From: Gemmatimonadota bacterium
GTDB lineage: Bacteria; Gemmatimonadota; Gemmatimonadetes; Palauibacterales; Palauibacteraceae
Direction: 5' to 3'
Assembly: GCA_027295155.1 (NCBI GenBank)
Contig: JAPULH010000161.1
Location: 1-61,116 of the forward strand
Length of the DNA stretch: 61,116 nt
Positions within the stretch are counted from its first letter, which is position 1, and the number at the start of each line of letters is the position of its first letter. A model generated the notes under the pieces. The model had not been told where the DNA came from and made no database searches. It saw only the letters and a list, made by a program, of their open reading frames with translations. Positions 28,103 to 37,251 of this stretch are shown here, piece after piece. A program made the position numbers and the translations under genes.

Positions 28103-30619
28103 GTGCCGTCGCCTGCCGATGTTCTGGACTACGGGGCGGGCGAGCGCTTCACCAACGCGGCCGGGGTGTTCCGGTACGCGAGCCGGCTGGCGACGGCATC
28201 GCCGCGCGTCGCGCTGATCCGCTACGGCGAGACGCCCGAGGGACGACCGCTCATCCTGCTTGCGATCTTTCGTGAGGATCGGGCGGATCGCCTGGAGGAG
28301 ATCCGAGCTTCGATCGGCGAGCTCGGGCGTCCCGAGCTGCCCGCGGCGCGGGCAGCCGAGATGGCGCGCGAGGTGCCGGCCGTCGTCTGGCTGGGATATG
28401 GCGTGCACGGGGACGAGGCGTCCTCCACGGAGGCCGCCCTGTGGACCGCATATGACCTGGCTGTCGGCGCCGACGAAACGGCAGGGATCCTGGACTCCCT
28501 CGTCGTGCTGATCGATCCGATGCAGAACCCGGACGGCCGCGATCGGTACGTGGGTTGGTACGGGGGTGCCCGCGCCCGGCCTCCCAACCCGTCGGCGGAC
28601 GCGTTCGAGCATCATCCACCGTGGCCGCGGGGTCGCTTCAATCACTACCTTTTCGACCTGAACCGCGACTGGTCCTGGGGTGTCCAGCCGGAGACCCGGG
28701 CGCGGCTGCTAGAGTACAACCGCTGGAACCCTCAGGTGCTCATCGACTTCCACGAGATGTCGTATACGAGCACGTATTTCTTCTTCCCCGCCGCCGAGCC
28801 CGTGAACCCGGTCTTTCCCCTGTCCCTGGCGGAATGGGGCGAGTACTTCGGGCGGGCCAACGCCCGGGAGTTCGATCGCCGGCGTTGGCTCTACTACACG
28901 AAGGAGACCTTTGATCTCTTCTATCCTGGATACGCCGACAGCTGGTCCAGCCTTACGGGCGCGATCGGCATGACGTTCGAGCAGGCGGGAGGGGGTCGGG
29001 CCGGCCTGTCGATTCGCCGGCCGGACGGTTCGACCCTGAGTCTGGCGGACCGAGTGGCGCATCACCGGGCTGCTGGCCTCACCACGCTGCGGGCGGCCGC
29101 CAGACGCAAGACCGAGCTCCTGGAGGACTTTGCCGCCTTTCACCGCGATGTGGGGGAAGGTCCCGACATCCTGCTGGTGCCGGGCAGGAATCCGGAAGCG
29201 GCCCAGGCGCTCGTGGGGCTTCTTGGGGAGCAGGGAGTGGTTGTGGAGAGGAGCGTGCGCTCGTTCCGGGCGGTGGCGACCCCGCACTTCGGCTTCCCCG
29301 AGAGGGAGGAGTTTCCGAAGGGCACGTATCGCGTTCCTCGGTCACAGCGGCGCAGCCGGCTGGCGCGTGCGCTGTTGGAGTCGGAGACCCCGCTCGAAGA
29401 CCCCGGCGTCGAGTACACGTACGACATCACCGCCTGGTCGCTTCCCTACGCGTACGGTGTGGAGGCACACGCGGCCGGGGGAGTGCGGGACAGCGACTTC
29501 GAGGCCGTGACGGCAACTCCACCGGAGCAACCGGGGCCAGCTCCAGGCCTGCTGCCGGCTCCAGGCCTGCTGCCAGCTCCGCGCCCAACAGCTCCGGGCC
29601 CGTGGCCAGCGGTCTATGGCTATCTAGTGCCGCCCACCGTGGCAGCGGCAGGTCCCCTCTTCCGCTACGCGGCCATGGGTGGACGGGCGCATGCGTTGGC
29701 GGAGGCGTTCGCGATGGAGGGCCGCAGCTGGCCGCCGGGCACGGTGTTCTTGCCAGCGGACGATTCCACAGACGCCAGGGTGCGGCGGGCGGGGCTGGCG
29801 CCTTTCGTGAATCCGGTGGAGAGCGGGCTCTCCACTTCGGGCGTCGACCTGGGCAGCGCCCGGTCGCTGGCGCTCGAGGCACCGCGGATCGCGGTTCTCA
29901 CGGGAGAAGGAGTGAGGCCCACCTCGTACGGCCAGGTGTGGTACCTGCTCGAGCGCGGCGTGGGGATTCCGTTCGATCCGTTGCGGATCGGTCAACTCAG
30001 CGCCGGTACGCTTGCCAGGTACGATGTCGTGGTGGCGCCCGCGGGCAGCGCCGATGCGTATGAGGCGGAGCGCGACGTGCTCGCCGGTTGGGTCGAGGCG
30101 GGAGGTACGCTCGTGGCCATGGGTGCCGCGGCGCGCTGGGCCGCCGGCGCGATCGCCGCCGTCCCGGTACGCGAGGCCGATTCGACGGACATCCCGGACG
30201 AGGAACGCCTGCGGCGGGGGTTGCGCACCCGTGCCGAGCGCCGCAGCGAGCGGTGGGATGAGAGCGTCACGGGTGTTGTCCTCCCCCTCCGGGTCGATCT
30301 GGAGCACCCGCTCGCCTGGGGTGCCACCGGGGGCAACGACGAAGGGGCGTTCTTCGCGCTTCACTACACGGATCTATCCTTTGAGCCGGCGGAAGAGTTC
30401 GAGTCGGTCGTGCACTTTCCCCTGGACGTGTCGGAGGTCAGCGGCGTGATCAGCCGGGGCAAACTGGATCAGGTGGCCGGCTCTTCGTGGCTCGTCGTGG
30501 GATCGCTCGGCGAGGGCCGGGTCATTCTCTTTGCCGATGACCCGCTCTTCCGCCTCTTCTGGCGTTCGGCGTTTGTTCTTTTCACGAACGCGCTGCTCTA
30601 TGGCCACATCCTCGACTGA
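28103..30619 (+). CDS. M14-family zinc carboxypeptidase (large, multi-domain)
   Basis: The HxxE zinc motif lies in WLGYGVHGDEASSTEAA; NPDGRD and DFHE-type downstream ligand regions are present; 838 aa from the first canonical start. A signal-peptide-like in-frame sequence lies upstream of that start (see finding). Confidence 0.88.
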   Translation: MPSPADVLDYGAGERFTNAAGVFRYASRLATASPRVALIRYGETPEGRPLILLAIFREDRADRLEEIRASIGELGRPELPAARAAEMAREVPAVVWLGYGVHGDEASSTEAALWTAYDLAVGADETAGILDSLVVLIDPMQNPDGRDRYVGWYGGARARPPNPSADAFEHHPPWPRGRFNHYLFDLNRDWSWGVQPETRARLLEYNRWNPQVLIDFHEMSYTSTYFFFPAAEPVNPVFPLSLAEWGEYFGRANAREFDRRRWLYYTKETFDLFYPGYADSWSSLTGAIGMTFEQAGGGRAGLSIRRPDGSTLSLADRVAHHRAAGLTTLRAAARRKTELLEDFAAFHRDVGEGPDILLVPGRNPEAAQALVGLLGEQGVVVERSVRSFRAVATPHFGFPEREEFPKGTYRVPRSQRRSRLARALLESETPLEDPGVEYTYDITAWSLPYAYGVEAHAAGGVRDSDFEAVTATPPEQPGPAPGLLPAPGLLPAPRPTAPGPWPAVYGYLVPPTVAAAGPLFRYAAMGGRAHALAEAFAMEGRSWPPGTVFLPADDSTDARVRRAGLAPFVNPVESGLSTSGVDLGSARSLALEAPRIAVLTGEGVRPTSYGQVWYLLERGVGIPFDPLRIGQLSAGTLARYDVVVAPAGSADAYEAERDVLAGWVEAGGTLVAMGAAARWAAGAIAAVPVREADSTDIPDEERLRRGLRTRAERRSERWDESVTGVVLPLRVDLEHPLAWGATGGNDEGAFFALHYTDLSFEPAEEFESVVHFPLDVSEVSGVISRGKLDQVAGSSWLVVGSLGEGRVILFADDPLFRLFWRSAFVLFTNALLYGHILD
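29541..29580 (+). repeat. 18-bp coding tandem repeat (x2.2) in an M14 peptidase linker
   Basis: ctccaggcctgctgccgg / ctccaggcctgctgccag / ctcc.., encoding PAPGLLPAPGLLPAP. Confidence 0.8.
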
Positions 30620-30756
30620 TCGGCTGCGTCCTGCCGAGGTGGCAGCCTTTCGGGCTGCTCCAGGCGGCCCTGCGCCGTGGTGGCGGACCTTCCACTCGAT
30701 CGGCAGGAATCCGGGTATCTCCGAGGGCACGTCCCTTGCCCTTCTTTGGTAGGAGT

Positions 30757-30771
30757 TCTCTGAACCAGAGA
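30757..30771 (+). promoter_or_regulatory. 5'-UTR hairpin overlapping the hsp20 Shine-Dalgarno (candidate RNA thermometer)
   Basis: TCTCTG-AAC-CAGAGA forms a perfect 6-bp stem. Its 3' arm is part of the purine tract CAGAGAGGGG that lies 6-13 nt upstream of ATG 30781. Confidence 0.3.
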
Positions 30772-30780
30772 GGGGTCATC

Positions 30781-31323
30781 ATGGACGAAAGAGAAGAGGG
30801 AATCGAGGCCGAGGAAACGACCTCCAAGGAGGCCGAGGAAACGACCACCAACGAGGGCGAGGAGGCGACCACCAACGAAGGCGAGCGCCCGGAAGGCGAA
30901 CGACTGGGGCGCGACCTCTGGGGACGACCGCTGGCGGACTTCCAGGAGGTGATCGGAGATCTGCTGGGCAGCTTTCGGAGCCTACCGCTCGGAGGACGAG
31001 CGCCGCGGTACGATCTCATCAGGCTTCCCGAGGCGGGATACTGGATCTTGATGGATCTGCCGGGCGTCGACCGCGCGGAACTGGAGGTCAGCGCGGTGGC
31101 GGACGACCTCGTGATCACCGGCAAGCGACGGCGGCCGGAGCTCCCCGATGGTTCGGAGGTGGTCCGGTCGGAGCGCGACCACGGCCGTTTCCGACGGGAG
31201 ATCCGAATCCCGTCGGATGTTGATCTGGCGGGCGTGCAAGCCAAGCTGGAGAACGGCGTCCTGAGGCTGGAGCTGCCGTACCGCAGCAAGGCAGGACGCA
31301 CTCGAATCGAGATCGAGGAGTAG
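30781..31323 (+). CDS. Small heat-shock protein (Hsp20 / alpha-crystallin family) with an acidic N-terminal repeat
   Basis: Alpha-crystallin domain ([30 protein letters not shown]...[32 protein letters not shown]). ATG 30781 is preferred over the ORF-track start at 30736. It lies immediately upstream of clpB. Confidence 0.9.
   Translation: MDEREEGIEAEETTSKEAEETTTNEGEEATTNEGERPEGERLGRDLWGRPLADFQEVIGDLLGSFRSLPLGGRAPRYDLIRLPEAGYWILMDLPGVDRAELEVSAVADDLVITGKRRRPELPDGSEVVRSERDHGRFRREIRIPSDVDLAGVQAKLENGVLRLELPYRSKAGRTRIEIEE
30805..30885 (+). repeat. 24-bp coding tandem repeat (x3.4) in the hsp20 N-terminus
   Basis: gaggccgaggaaacgacctccaag / gaggccgaggaaacgaccaccaac / gagggcgaggaggcgaccaccaac / gaaggcgag, encoding [27 protein letters not shown]. 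Confidence 0.85.
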
Positions 31324-31352
31324 CACGTCAGACAGATGATGCCGGGGGATGG

Positions 31353-33992
31353 ATGATACCGGCCGATAGATTGACGGTAAGAGTGGCGGAAGCGCTGCAG
31401 GATGCTGCGTTGCTGGCCCGCCGGGCGAACAACCCGGCCGTGGAAGACCTCCACCTCCTCGCGGCGCTGCTGACGCAGGAGGACGGCGTTGCTCGGCCGA
31501 TCCTCGGCAAGGCGGGCGTGGATCTCGCCGGCCTCGACGCAGATCTGCAGACACGGCTCGCGCGTCTGCCCACCCAGACGGGCGCTGCACCGGTGGCCAG
31601 TCGCGAGCTGAGCCGGGTGCTTGACGAGGCGGACGCCGGTGCGCGATCGATGGACGACCTCTACGTGTCCAGCGAGCACCTCCTCTTGGCTCTCACCGGA
31701 AAAGTCGCCAGCTCCACGGGCGAGCTGCTGGCCGGACGAGGAGCCACGCAGGAAGCGCTGCGCGGTGCGATCGAGCAGGTGAGGGGGCCCCACCAGGTGA
31801 CGGACCAGGACCCCGAGGGAAAGTACCGGGCCCTGGAGCGCTACAGCATGGATCTCACCGAGGAAGCGCAGCAAGGGAAGCTCGATCCGGTGATCGGCCG
31901 AGACACGGAGATTCGCCGCGTCATGCAGGTGCTCTCCCGCCGGACCAAGAACAACCCGGTGCTGATCGGCGAGCCCGGCGTCGGGAAGACCGCGATCGTC
32001 GGTGGCCTGGCCCAGCGGATGGTCGAGGGGGATGTGCCGGAGTCGCTTCGCGACAAGCGGCTCATCCAGCTCGACATCGCGGCGATGCTCGCCGGGGCGA
32101 AGTATCGAGGGGAGTTCGAGGAGCGGCTGAAGGCGGTCCTGAAGGAGATCACGGAGTCGGACGGCCGGTACGTCGTGTTCCTCGACGAGCTTCACACGAT
32201 CGTCGGGGCCGGTGCGGCCGAGGGCGCGGTGGATGCCGGAAACATGCTGAAGCCGGCGTTGGCCCGGGGCGAGCTGCGGATGATCGGCGCCACGACGCTG
32301 GACGAGTACCGGCAGCACATAGAGAAGGATCCGGCTCTCGAGCGGCGCTTCCAGCCGGTCCTGGTCGGCGAGCCGGGGCTGGAGGAGACGATCGCGATCC
32401 TCCGCGGCCTCAAGGAGCGCTATGAGGTGCACCACGGCGTGCGGATCACCGATCCGGCGCTCGTCGCTGCCGCCCGGCTTTCGGACCGGTACATCGGCGA
32501 CCGGTTCCTCCCGGACAAGGCCATCGACCTGATCGACGAGGCGGGCTCGCGTCTTCGAATCGAGATCGACTCGATGCCGGAGGAGATCGACGAGGCCGGG
32601 CGCCGCGTCACGCAGCTGGAGATCGAGCGCGAGGCACTGCGCGAGGAGACTGACCCACGCAGTCGCGAGCGATTGAGGCTTCTCGAGGCCGAGCTCTCGG
32701 AGATCAGGGAGGAGCTCGCGGGCATGAAATCCCGCTGGCTGACCGAGAAAGAGGCCATCGACCACGTACATCGACTCAAGCGCGAGATCGAGGAAGCGAA
32801 CCTGGCGGCGGAGCAGGCCACGCGGGCCGGAGACCTCGCGCGGGCGGCGGAGATCACGTACGGCCGGGTCCCGAAGCTGCGTGAGGAGATGGAGTCGGCC
32901 GAGGCGAAGCTGGCGGAGCTGCAGCGCGAGCGAAGCTATCTGAAGGAGGAGGTGACGCCTGAGGACGTGAGTGAGGTGGTCTCCTTGTGGACCGGAATCC
33001 CCGTATCCCGGATGATGGAGGGCGAGAAGGAGCGGCTTACCCGCCTGGAGGAGCACCTGCATGAGCGGGTCGTGGGCCAGGAGGAGGCGATCGTGGCAGT
33101 GGCGAATGCGGTCCGACGCAGCCGCGCCGGCCTTCAGGATCCGAACCGTCCGATCGGAAGCTTCATCTTTCTCGGCCCGACCGGCGTGGGGAAGACGGAG
33201 ACCGCCCGTGCGCTGGCGGAGTTCCTCTTCGACGACGAGGATGCCATGGTCCGCATCGACATGTCGGAATACATGGAGCGCCACGCCGTTGCCCGGTTGA
33301 TCGGGGCGCCGCCTGGATACGTCGGATACGAGCAGGGCGGTCAGCTGACCGAGCGCGTGCGACGCCGGCCGTACAACGTCGTGTTGTTCGACGAGATCGA
33401 AAAGGCGCATCCGGAGGTGTTCAACGTCCTGCTTCAGATCCTGGACGACGGGCGGCTGACCGACGGGCAGGGCCGCACCGTGAATTTCCGGAACACCGTG
33501 CTGATCATGACGAGCAACATCGGGAGCGCGCGCATCCTGCAGCAGACGGTCGCCGGCCGCGATTGGGAGAGCGTCGAGGTCGAAGTGCGGGAGGCCTTGC
33601 ACGAGCACTTCAGGCCGGAGTTCCTCAATCGAATCGACGATATCCTCGTGTTCAGGCCCCTCAGCCGTGAGGAACTGGGCCGGATCGTCGATCTGCAGCT
33701 GGGGAGCCTGGAGCGGAGGCTGGCGGAGCGGGAGATCAGGCTCGAAGTGACGCCGTCGGCCCGGCAGCGGATCGCTGATACCGGATACGATCCGGCGTTC
33801 GGTGCCAGGCCGCTGAAGAGGGCGATCCAGCGGCTAGTGGTGGATCCGCTGGCCATGGCGTTCCTGGAGGGCCGCTTCGAGGACGGCGATACGATTCGCG
33901 TGGAAGCGGCCATGGATGGGGACGGCCTCGCCTTCGCGCGGACCGAAGAGCCGATGCTTTCTCCGGCCGAAGCGGAGCGGGCGTCGGGTTGA
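31353..33992 (+). CDS. clpB: ATP-dependent chaperone/disaggregase ClpB
   Basis: 879 aa with a Clp N-domain, two AAA+ modules ([11 protein letters not shown]; [11 protein letters not shown]) and a long coiled-coil middle domain between them. Confidence 0.97.
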   Translation: MIPADRLTVRVAEALQDAALLARRANNPAVEDLHLLAALLTQEDGVARPILGKAGVDLAGLDADLQTRLARLPTQTGAAPVASRELSRVLDEADAGARSMDDLYVSSEHLLLALTGKVASSTGELLAGRGATQEALRGAIEQVRGPHQVTDQDPEGKYRALERYSMDLTEEAQQGKLDPVIGRDTEIRRVMQVLSRRTKNNPVLIGEPGVGKTAIVGGLAQRMVEGDVPESLRDKRLIQLDIAAMLAGAKYRGEFEERLKAVLKEITESDGRYVVFLDELHTIVGAGAAEGAVDAGNMLKPALARGELRMIGATTLDEYRQHIEKDPALERRFQPVLVGEPGLEETIAILRGLKERYEVHHGVRITDPALVAAARLSDRYIGDRFLPDKAIDLIDEAGSRLRIEIDSMPEEIDEAGRRVTQLEIEREALREETDPRSRERLRLLEAELSEIREELAGMKSRWLTEKEAIDHVHRLKREIEEANLAAEQATRAGDLARAAEITYGRVPKLREEMESAEAKLAELQRERSYLKEEVTPEDVSEVVSLWTGIPVSRMMEGEKERLTRLEEHLHERVVGQEEAIVAVANAVRRSRAGLQDPNRPIGSFIFLGPTGVGKTETARALAEFLFDDEDAMVRIDMSEYMERHAVARLIGAPPGYVGYEQGGQLTERVRRRPYNVVLFDEIEKAHPEVFNVLLQILDDGRLTDGQGRTVNFRNTVLIMTSNIGSARILQQTVAGRDWESVEVEVREALHEHFRPEFLNRIDDILVFRPLSREELGRIVDLQLGSLERRLAEREIRLEVTPSARQRIADTGYDPAFGARPLKRAIQRLVVDPLAMAFLEGRFEDGDTIRVEAAMDGDGLAFARTEEPMLSPAEAERASG

Positions 33993-34024
33993 CCCTGGTG
34001 GGTACCCGGTCCTATTTGGCAAGG

Positions 34025-34516
34025 ATGAGCGCGCGTGCGGGCCTGCTGAGTCGAGTGCGGTGGATGGCGATCGCCGGCATCGCCCTTCCGGTCTTTGCGC
34101 TGGTGTTCTCGGGATGTGCCTCTACCGGCCGAGAGGTGCCGGTGGACTCGACGTACGGCGCCGCCAGCGCGGAGGATGCGGTTCGCGGTTTCCTCGACGC
34201 GGTGCAGGAGCAGGGGTACAGCCGCATGCGCGAGCTGTTCGGCACGCGGGATGGCCCCGCCGAGCGGAAGTGGGGCGTACAGGACGTCGAGCAGCGCATG
34301 ATAGTGCTCTCGGGGATGCTGCTCCACGAGTCCTACTCCCTGAGGCCCCTCGAGCTGGGCTACCTCGGGGAGCACCAGAGGAGTTTCGTGGCGAGGATCA
34401 CCGGAACTCGGTACGGGACGGTGACCCTTCCGATCACGACGATCCAGGCGAAGAGCGGCCGCTGGTTCGTGGAGCAGCTCGGCATGGATTCGCTCACCGG
34501 CGGCGGCGACTCCTAG
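34025..34516 (+). CDS. Hypothetical lipoprotein
   Basis: Signal peptide with the lipobox ALVFSGC (MSARAGLLSRVRWMAIAGIALPVFALVFSGCAS). No recognisable catalytic motif. ATG 34025 is preferred over 33989, which overlaps clpB. Confidence 0.65.
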   Translation: MSARAGLLSRVRWMAIAGIALPVFALVFSGCASTGREVPVDSTYGAASAEDAVRGFLDAVQEQGYSRMRELFGTRDGPAERKWGVQDVEQRMIVLSGMLLHESYSLRPLELGYLGEHQRSFVARITGTRYGTVTLPITTIQAKSGRWFVEQLGMDSLTGGGDS

Positions 34517-34536
34517 CGGGGTTCTTCAGCGACCTT

Positions 34537-35226
34537 CTAGACGTACCAGTCGGCGAGCCGCTCCGGCTTCACGCCGGCGAGAAAGGCGGCCCGGAGCAGC
34601 CAGTGGAGGACGACGGTGCGCGCGAATCCGTGCCGCTCCCATCGCCGCCGCGACGTGTGGGCCCGGCTGCGGAGCGGCTGAAAGCGTCCGATACGTCGCA
34701 GTTTCTTGACGAGCGCGACATCCTCGAACAGCGGGTGTTCCGGGTACCCACCGACCTCGTGGAAGCGCTCCCGCCTCACGAAGATCGTTTGATCGCCGGT
34801 GGCGGCCCGGAAGACGCGGGTCCGGAGGTTGACCCCGGCCTCCAGCAGCGCGTAACGGCTCAACCGTGACGCGGGTGGCTTGACCCGGAACCGGTGACAG
34901 CCGCCGACGACGTCTGGGTCCTCCAGTGCTCGGAGTATTCGGGAGCCGCTGTCCCCATCGACGTGTGTGTCCGCATGCAGAAAGACCAGGACGTTGCCCC
35001 GGGCCTCTCCGGCCCCGGCGTTCATCTGTGCGCCGCGACCCCCGGTGCGGACGATCACGCGGCAGAGGCCACGCGCCACCTCGCGCGTGCGGTCCGTGCT
35101 GCCTCCGTCCACGACCAGGATCTGACACTCGTCGCCGTACGCTCTTTTGGCCGAGTCGATCGCGCCTTCGATGCTTGCTTCCTCGTTCAGCGCCGGAATG
35201 ACGACGGAAAAGATCGGCCGGGGCAC
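34537..35226 (-). CDS. Family-2 glycosyltransferase-like protein (~230 aa type)
   Basis: GT-A N-terminus FSVVIPALNEE..ILVVDGGSTDRT, then FLHADTHV and a C-terminal ..TSRRRWERHG.. region. Confidence 0.8.
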   Translation of the reverse strand: MPRPIFSVVIPALNEEASIEGAIDSAKRAYGDECQILVVDGGSTDRTREVARGLCRVIVRTGGRGAQMNAGAGEARGNVLVFLHADTHVDGDSGSRILRALEDPDVVGGCHRFRVKPPASRLSRYALLEAGVNLRTRVFRAATGDQTIFVRRERFHEVGGYPEHPLFEDVALVKKLRRIGRFQPLRSRAHTSRRRWERHGFARTVVLHWLLRAAFLAGVKPERLADWYV

Positions 35227-35244
35227 GTCTGTTGCGATGGAGGG

Positions 35245-35655
35245 TCAGGGGTGGGCCTCGGCGAGCTCGATCAGCACGCCTCCGGCGGTGCGCGGGTGCA
35301 GGAACGCCACGCGACGTTCCTCGGCTCCGATTCGAACGCCCGGTGGGAGTACATCCGCTCCCGCCCCGCGCGCTCTGCGGAGCGCCTCGTCCAGGTCGTC
35401 CACCACGATGCACACGTGGTGGAGACCCGGGCCTCGGCGTGCCAGGAAGGCCGCGATGGCGGAATCTTCCCGGGTGGACTCGAGAAGCTCGATGCGTCCG
35501 GTCCCGGTGCCGAAGAACGCTATGCGTACGCCCTCGGACGGAACATCCTCTTGGGCCTCCGGGTTTTCTCCCAGCAATGCCGCGTACAGCGGCACGGAGG
35601 CCTTCAGGGAGTTGACCGCGATTCCCAGGTGGTCGATCTTGGGCACGCTTCTCAT
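35245..35655 (-). CDS. mce: Methylmalonyl-CoA epimerase (VOC/glyoxalase superfamily)
   Basis: 136 aa from ATG 35655: KIDHLGIAVNSL.., RIELLES.., GPGLHHVCIVVDDLDEAL.., GVLIELAE. Only this 3' part of the 544-aa ORF-track entry 35245..36879 looks protein-like. Confidence 0.85.
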   Translation of the reverse strand: MRSVPKIDHLGIAVNSLKASVPLYAALLGENPEAQEDVPSEGVRIAFFGTGTGRIELLESTREDSAIAAFLARRGPGLHHVCIVVDDLDEALRRARGAGADVLPPGVRIGAEERRVAFLHPRTAGGVLIELAEAHP

Positions 35656-35868
35656 GCTCGCTTTGTGAGACCAGGACGTCCGGTGCACGATCGGTTCGGC
35701 GGAACGGTTCACACGCCGTCGAGAGGCGCATAGTACGTGGAATCGCCCGATTTTTCTACCGGGTGGGGAACCGCCGGTTGTTGCTCGGAGTGCGACGAGC
35801 GCGGCAGGGGTTGGGCCGGCCGGCGCCGAGGATAGACTTTGGAGACACGTCTCGATTTTGGAGCGACG

Positions 35869-36201
35869 ATGACAACGGATACGAAGCCGATCACGGTTAC
35901 GGACGAGAGTTTCGAGCAGGAGATCGAGTCCAGCAAGGGTCTCGTGATCGTAGATTTCTGGGCGGAGTGGTGCGGCCCGTGCCGGATGGTCGCCCCGGTC
36001 GTCGAGGAGCTGGCGGAGGAGTACGCGGGCACCCTGAAGGTGGCCAAGCTGGACGTGGACGAGAATCAGCGGACGGCGCAGCGTTTCTCCGTGCGGTCGA
36101 TTCCGACGATCCTCTTCTTCAAGGATGGGCGTCACGTCGACACGGTGATTGGCGCCGTGCCGAAGGCGGCCCTCGAGAGAAAGATCCAGCAGCACAGCTG
36201 A
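35869..36201 (+). CDS. trxA: Thioredoxin
   Basis: WCGPC active site in VDFWAEWCGPCRMVAP; 110 aa from ATG 35869. Confidence 0.96.
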   Translation: MTTDTKPITVTDESFEQEIESSKGLVIVDFWAEWCGPCRMVAPVVEELAEEYAGTLKVAKLDVDENQRTAQRFSVRSIPTILFFKDGRHVDTVIGAVPKAALERKIQQHS

Positions 36202-36255
36202 GAGCGGAGCGGTGCGGGCGAGCACGCACGCCGCCCGGCCCCCGTTCCAGGTCAG

Positions 36256-36296
36256 CGCCTCCCGGCTCCGGGAATCGGAGCGGGAGGCGTTCTTGT
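36256..36296 (+). terminator. Intrinsic terminator-like hairpin after trxA
   Basis: CGCCTCCCG(G)CTCCG-GGAAT-CGGAGCGGGAGGCG forms a 14-bp GC-rich stem with one bulged G, followed by TTCTTGT. It starts 55 nt after the trxA stop. Confidence 0.65.
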
Positions 36297-36300
36297 AAAC

Positions 36301-37155
36301 ATGGAGAGCGCTCTCTACCTCATCAGTACGCCGATAGGCAACCGGGCGGACATCACCGATCGCGCAAGGCACACGCTTCGGGAGGTGGACGTTGTATACG
36401 CCGAGGACACGCGGCGCACGGGACGCCTCCTGGGTTGGATCGGCTCGGAGGCTCCGCTCCGCTCCCTGTACGAGCACAACGAGGCGGCACGCGTCGAGGA
36501 GATCCTTGGACGGCTCGCGAACCGCCAGTGCTGTGCGATCGTCTCCGATGCGGGTACTCCGGTTGTCTCGGACCCGGGCGTCCGCGTCGTGCGAGCGGTG
36601 CTGGAGGCCGGGTTCAGCGTCGTACCCGTGCCGGGAGCTTCGGCCGTCCTCGCGGCGTTGGCCGTCTCGGGACTGTCGGGTGACAGGTTCGTGTTTCTCG
36701 GCTTTCCTCCCCGCAGGGGCGCCGAGCGGGCCGCCTGGATCGACCAGGCTCGCGGCCTGCCTTTCACGCTGGTGGCTTTCGAATCGCCGAGGAGGATCGG
36801 CCGTCTCCTGGAAGACCTGAGGGAGGCCGGACTCGCCGAGCGCCGGTGCACGGTGTGCCGGGAACTGACAAAGCTGCACGAGACCGTGCGGTACGGTACC
36901 GTCGCTGAGATGGCTGCCGAATTCGCCGGGGAGACGAAGGGTGAGGTGACCCTCGTGATCGAGGGATCGTCCTCCAGGGGGAATGAGGCCTGGCAGGAGC
37001 GTAGGGAAGAGGTAGAGCGATCCGCGGCGCGGATGGGGGAAGGGGGATCGAGCGCCCGTGACATCCGGGAGAAGCTGGGTGATGAGTATGGAGTGCCGCG
37101 CAACGTGGCCTATGAGCTGGGGTTGCGATTCGGGAGGAAGGGCCGAGGGCCTTGA
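36301..37155 (+). CDS. rsmI: 16S rRNA (cytidine1402-2'-O)-methyltransferase
   Basis: LYLISTPIGNRADITDRARHTLREVDVVYAEDTR.. tetrapyrrole-methylase-fold RsmI N-terminus; 284 aa. Confidence 0.92.
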   Translation: MESALYLISTPIGNRADITDRARHTLREVDVVYAEDTRRTGRLLGWIGSEAPLRSLYEHNEAARVEEILGRLANRQCCAIVSDAGTPVVSDPGVRVVRAVLEAGFSVVPVPGASAVLAALAVSGLSGDRFVFLGFPPRRGAERAAWIDQARGLPFTLVAFESPRRIGRLLEDLREAGLAERRCTVCRELTKLHETVRYGTVAEMAAEFAGETKGEVTLVIEGSSSRGNEAWQERREEVERSAARMGEGGSSARDIREKLGDEYGVPRNVAYELGLRFGRKGRGP

Positions 37156-37251
37156 TGTGAGAGGTGCGCTCGTTCCGGCGACGAGGCAGAGGGAGCTGAA
37201 GACGTGATGGGAGGACGGCCGGTGTACCCCGTGTCAGCGGTTCTGTAGAAG

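Noticed and set aside
30641-30659. Hairpin GGCAGCC-TTTCG-GGCTGCT after the M14 peptidase gene, as an intrinsic terminator. A similar small hairpin lies after pnp (TCGCC-TGGCCG-GGCGA, 6694-6709).
   Set aside because: The stems are short (5-7 bp, one with a G-U pair) and no U-tract follows. The evidence is too weak to call them terminators.
30733-30760. Sigma-32-type heat-shock promoter upstream of hsp20 (CCCTTG as the -35), or CIRCE/HAIR operators.
   Set aside because: Only the -35-like hexamer is present. No CCCCAT-like -10 lies at the proper spacing, and there are no TTAGCACTC-N9-GAGTGCTAA or CTTGAGT-N7-ACTCAAG inverted repeats.
30582-33608. 1008-aa ORF on the minus strand, antisense to clpB (the longest ORF in the track).
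   Set aside because: It lies exactly opposite a well-supported ClpB gene. Its composition is Arg/Leu/His/Pro/Asp-rich with no recognisable domain. Long stop-free antisense frames opposite highly conserved GC-rich chaperone genes are a well-known artefact.
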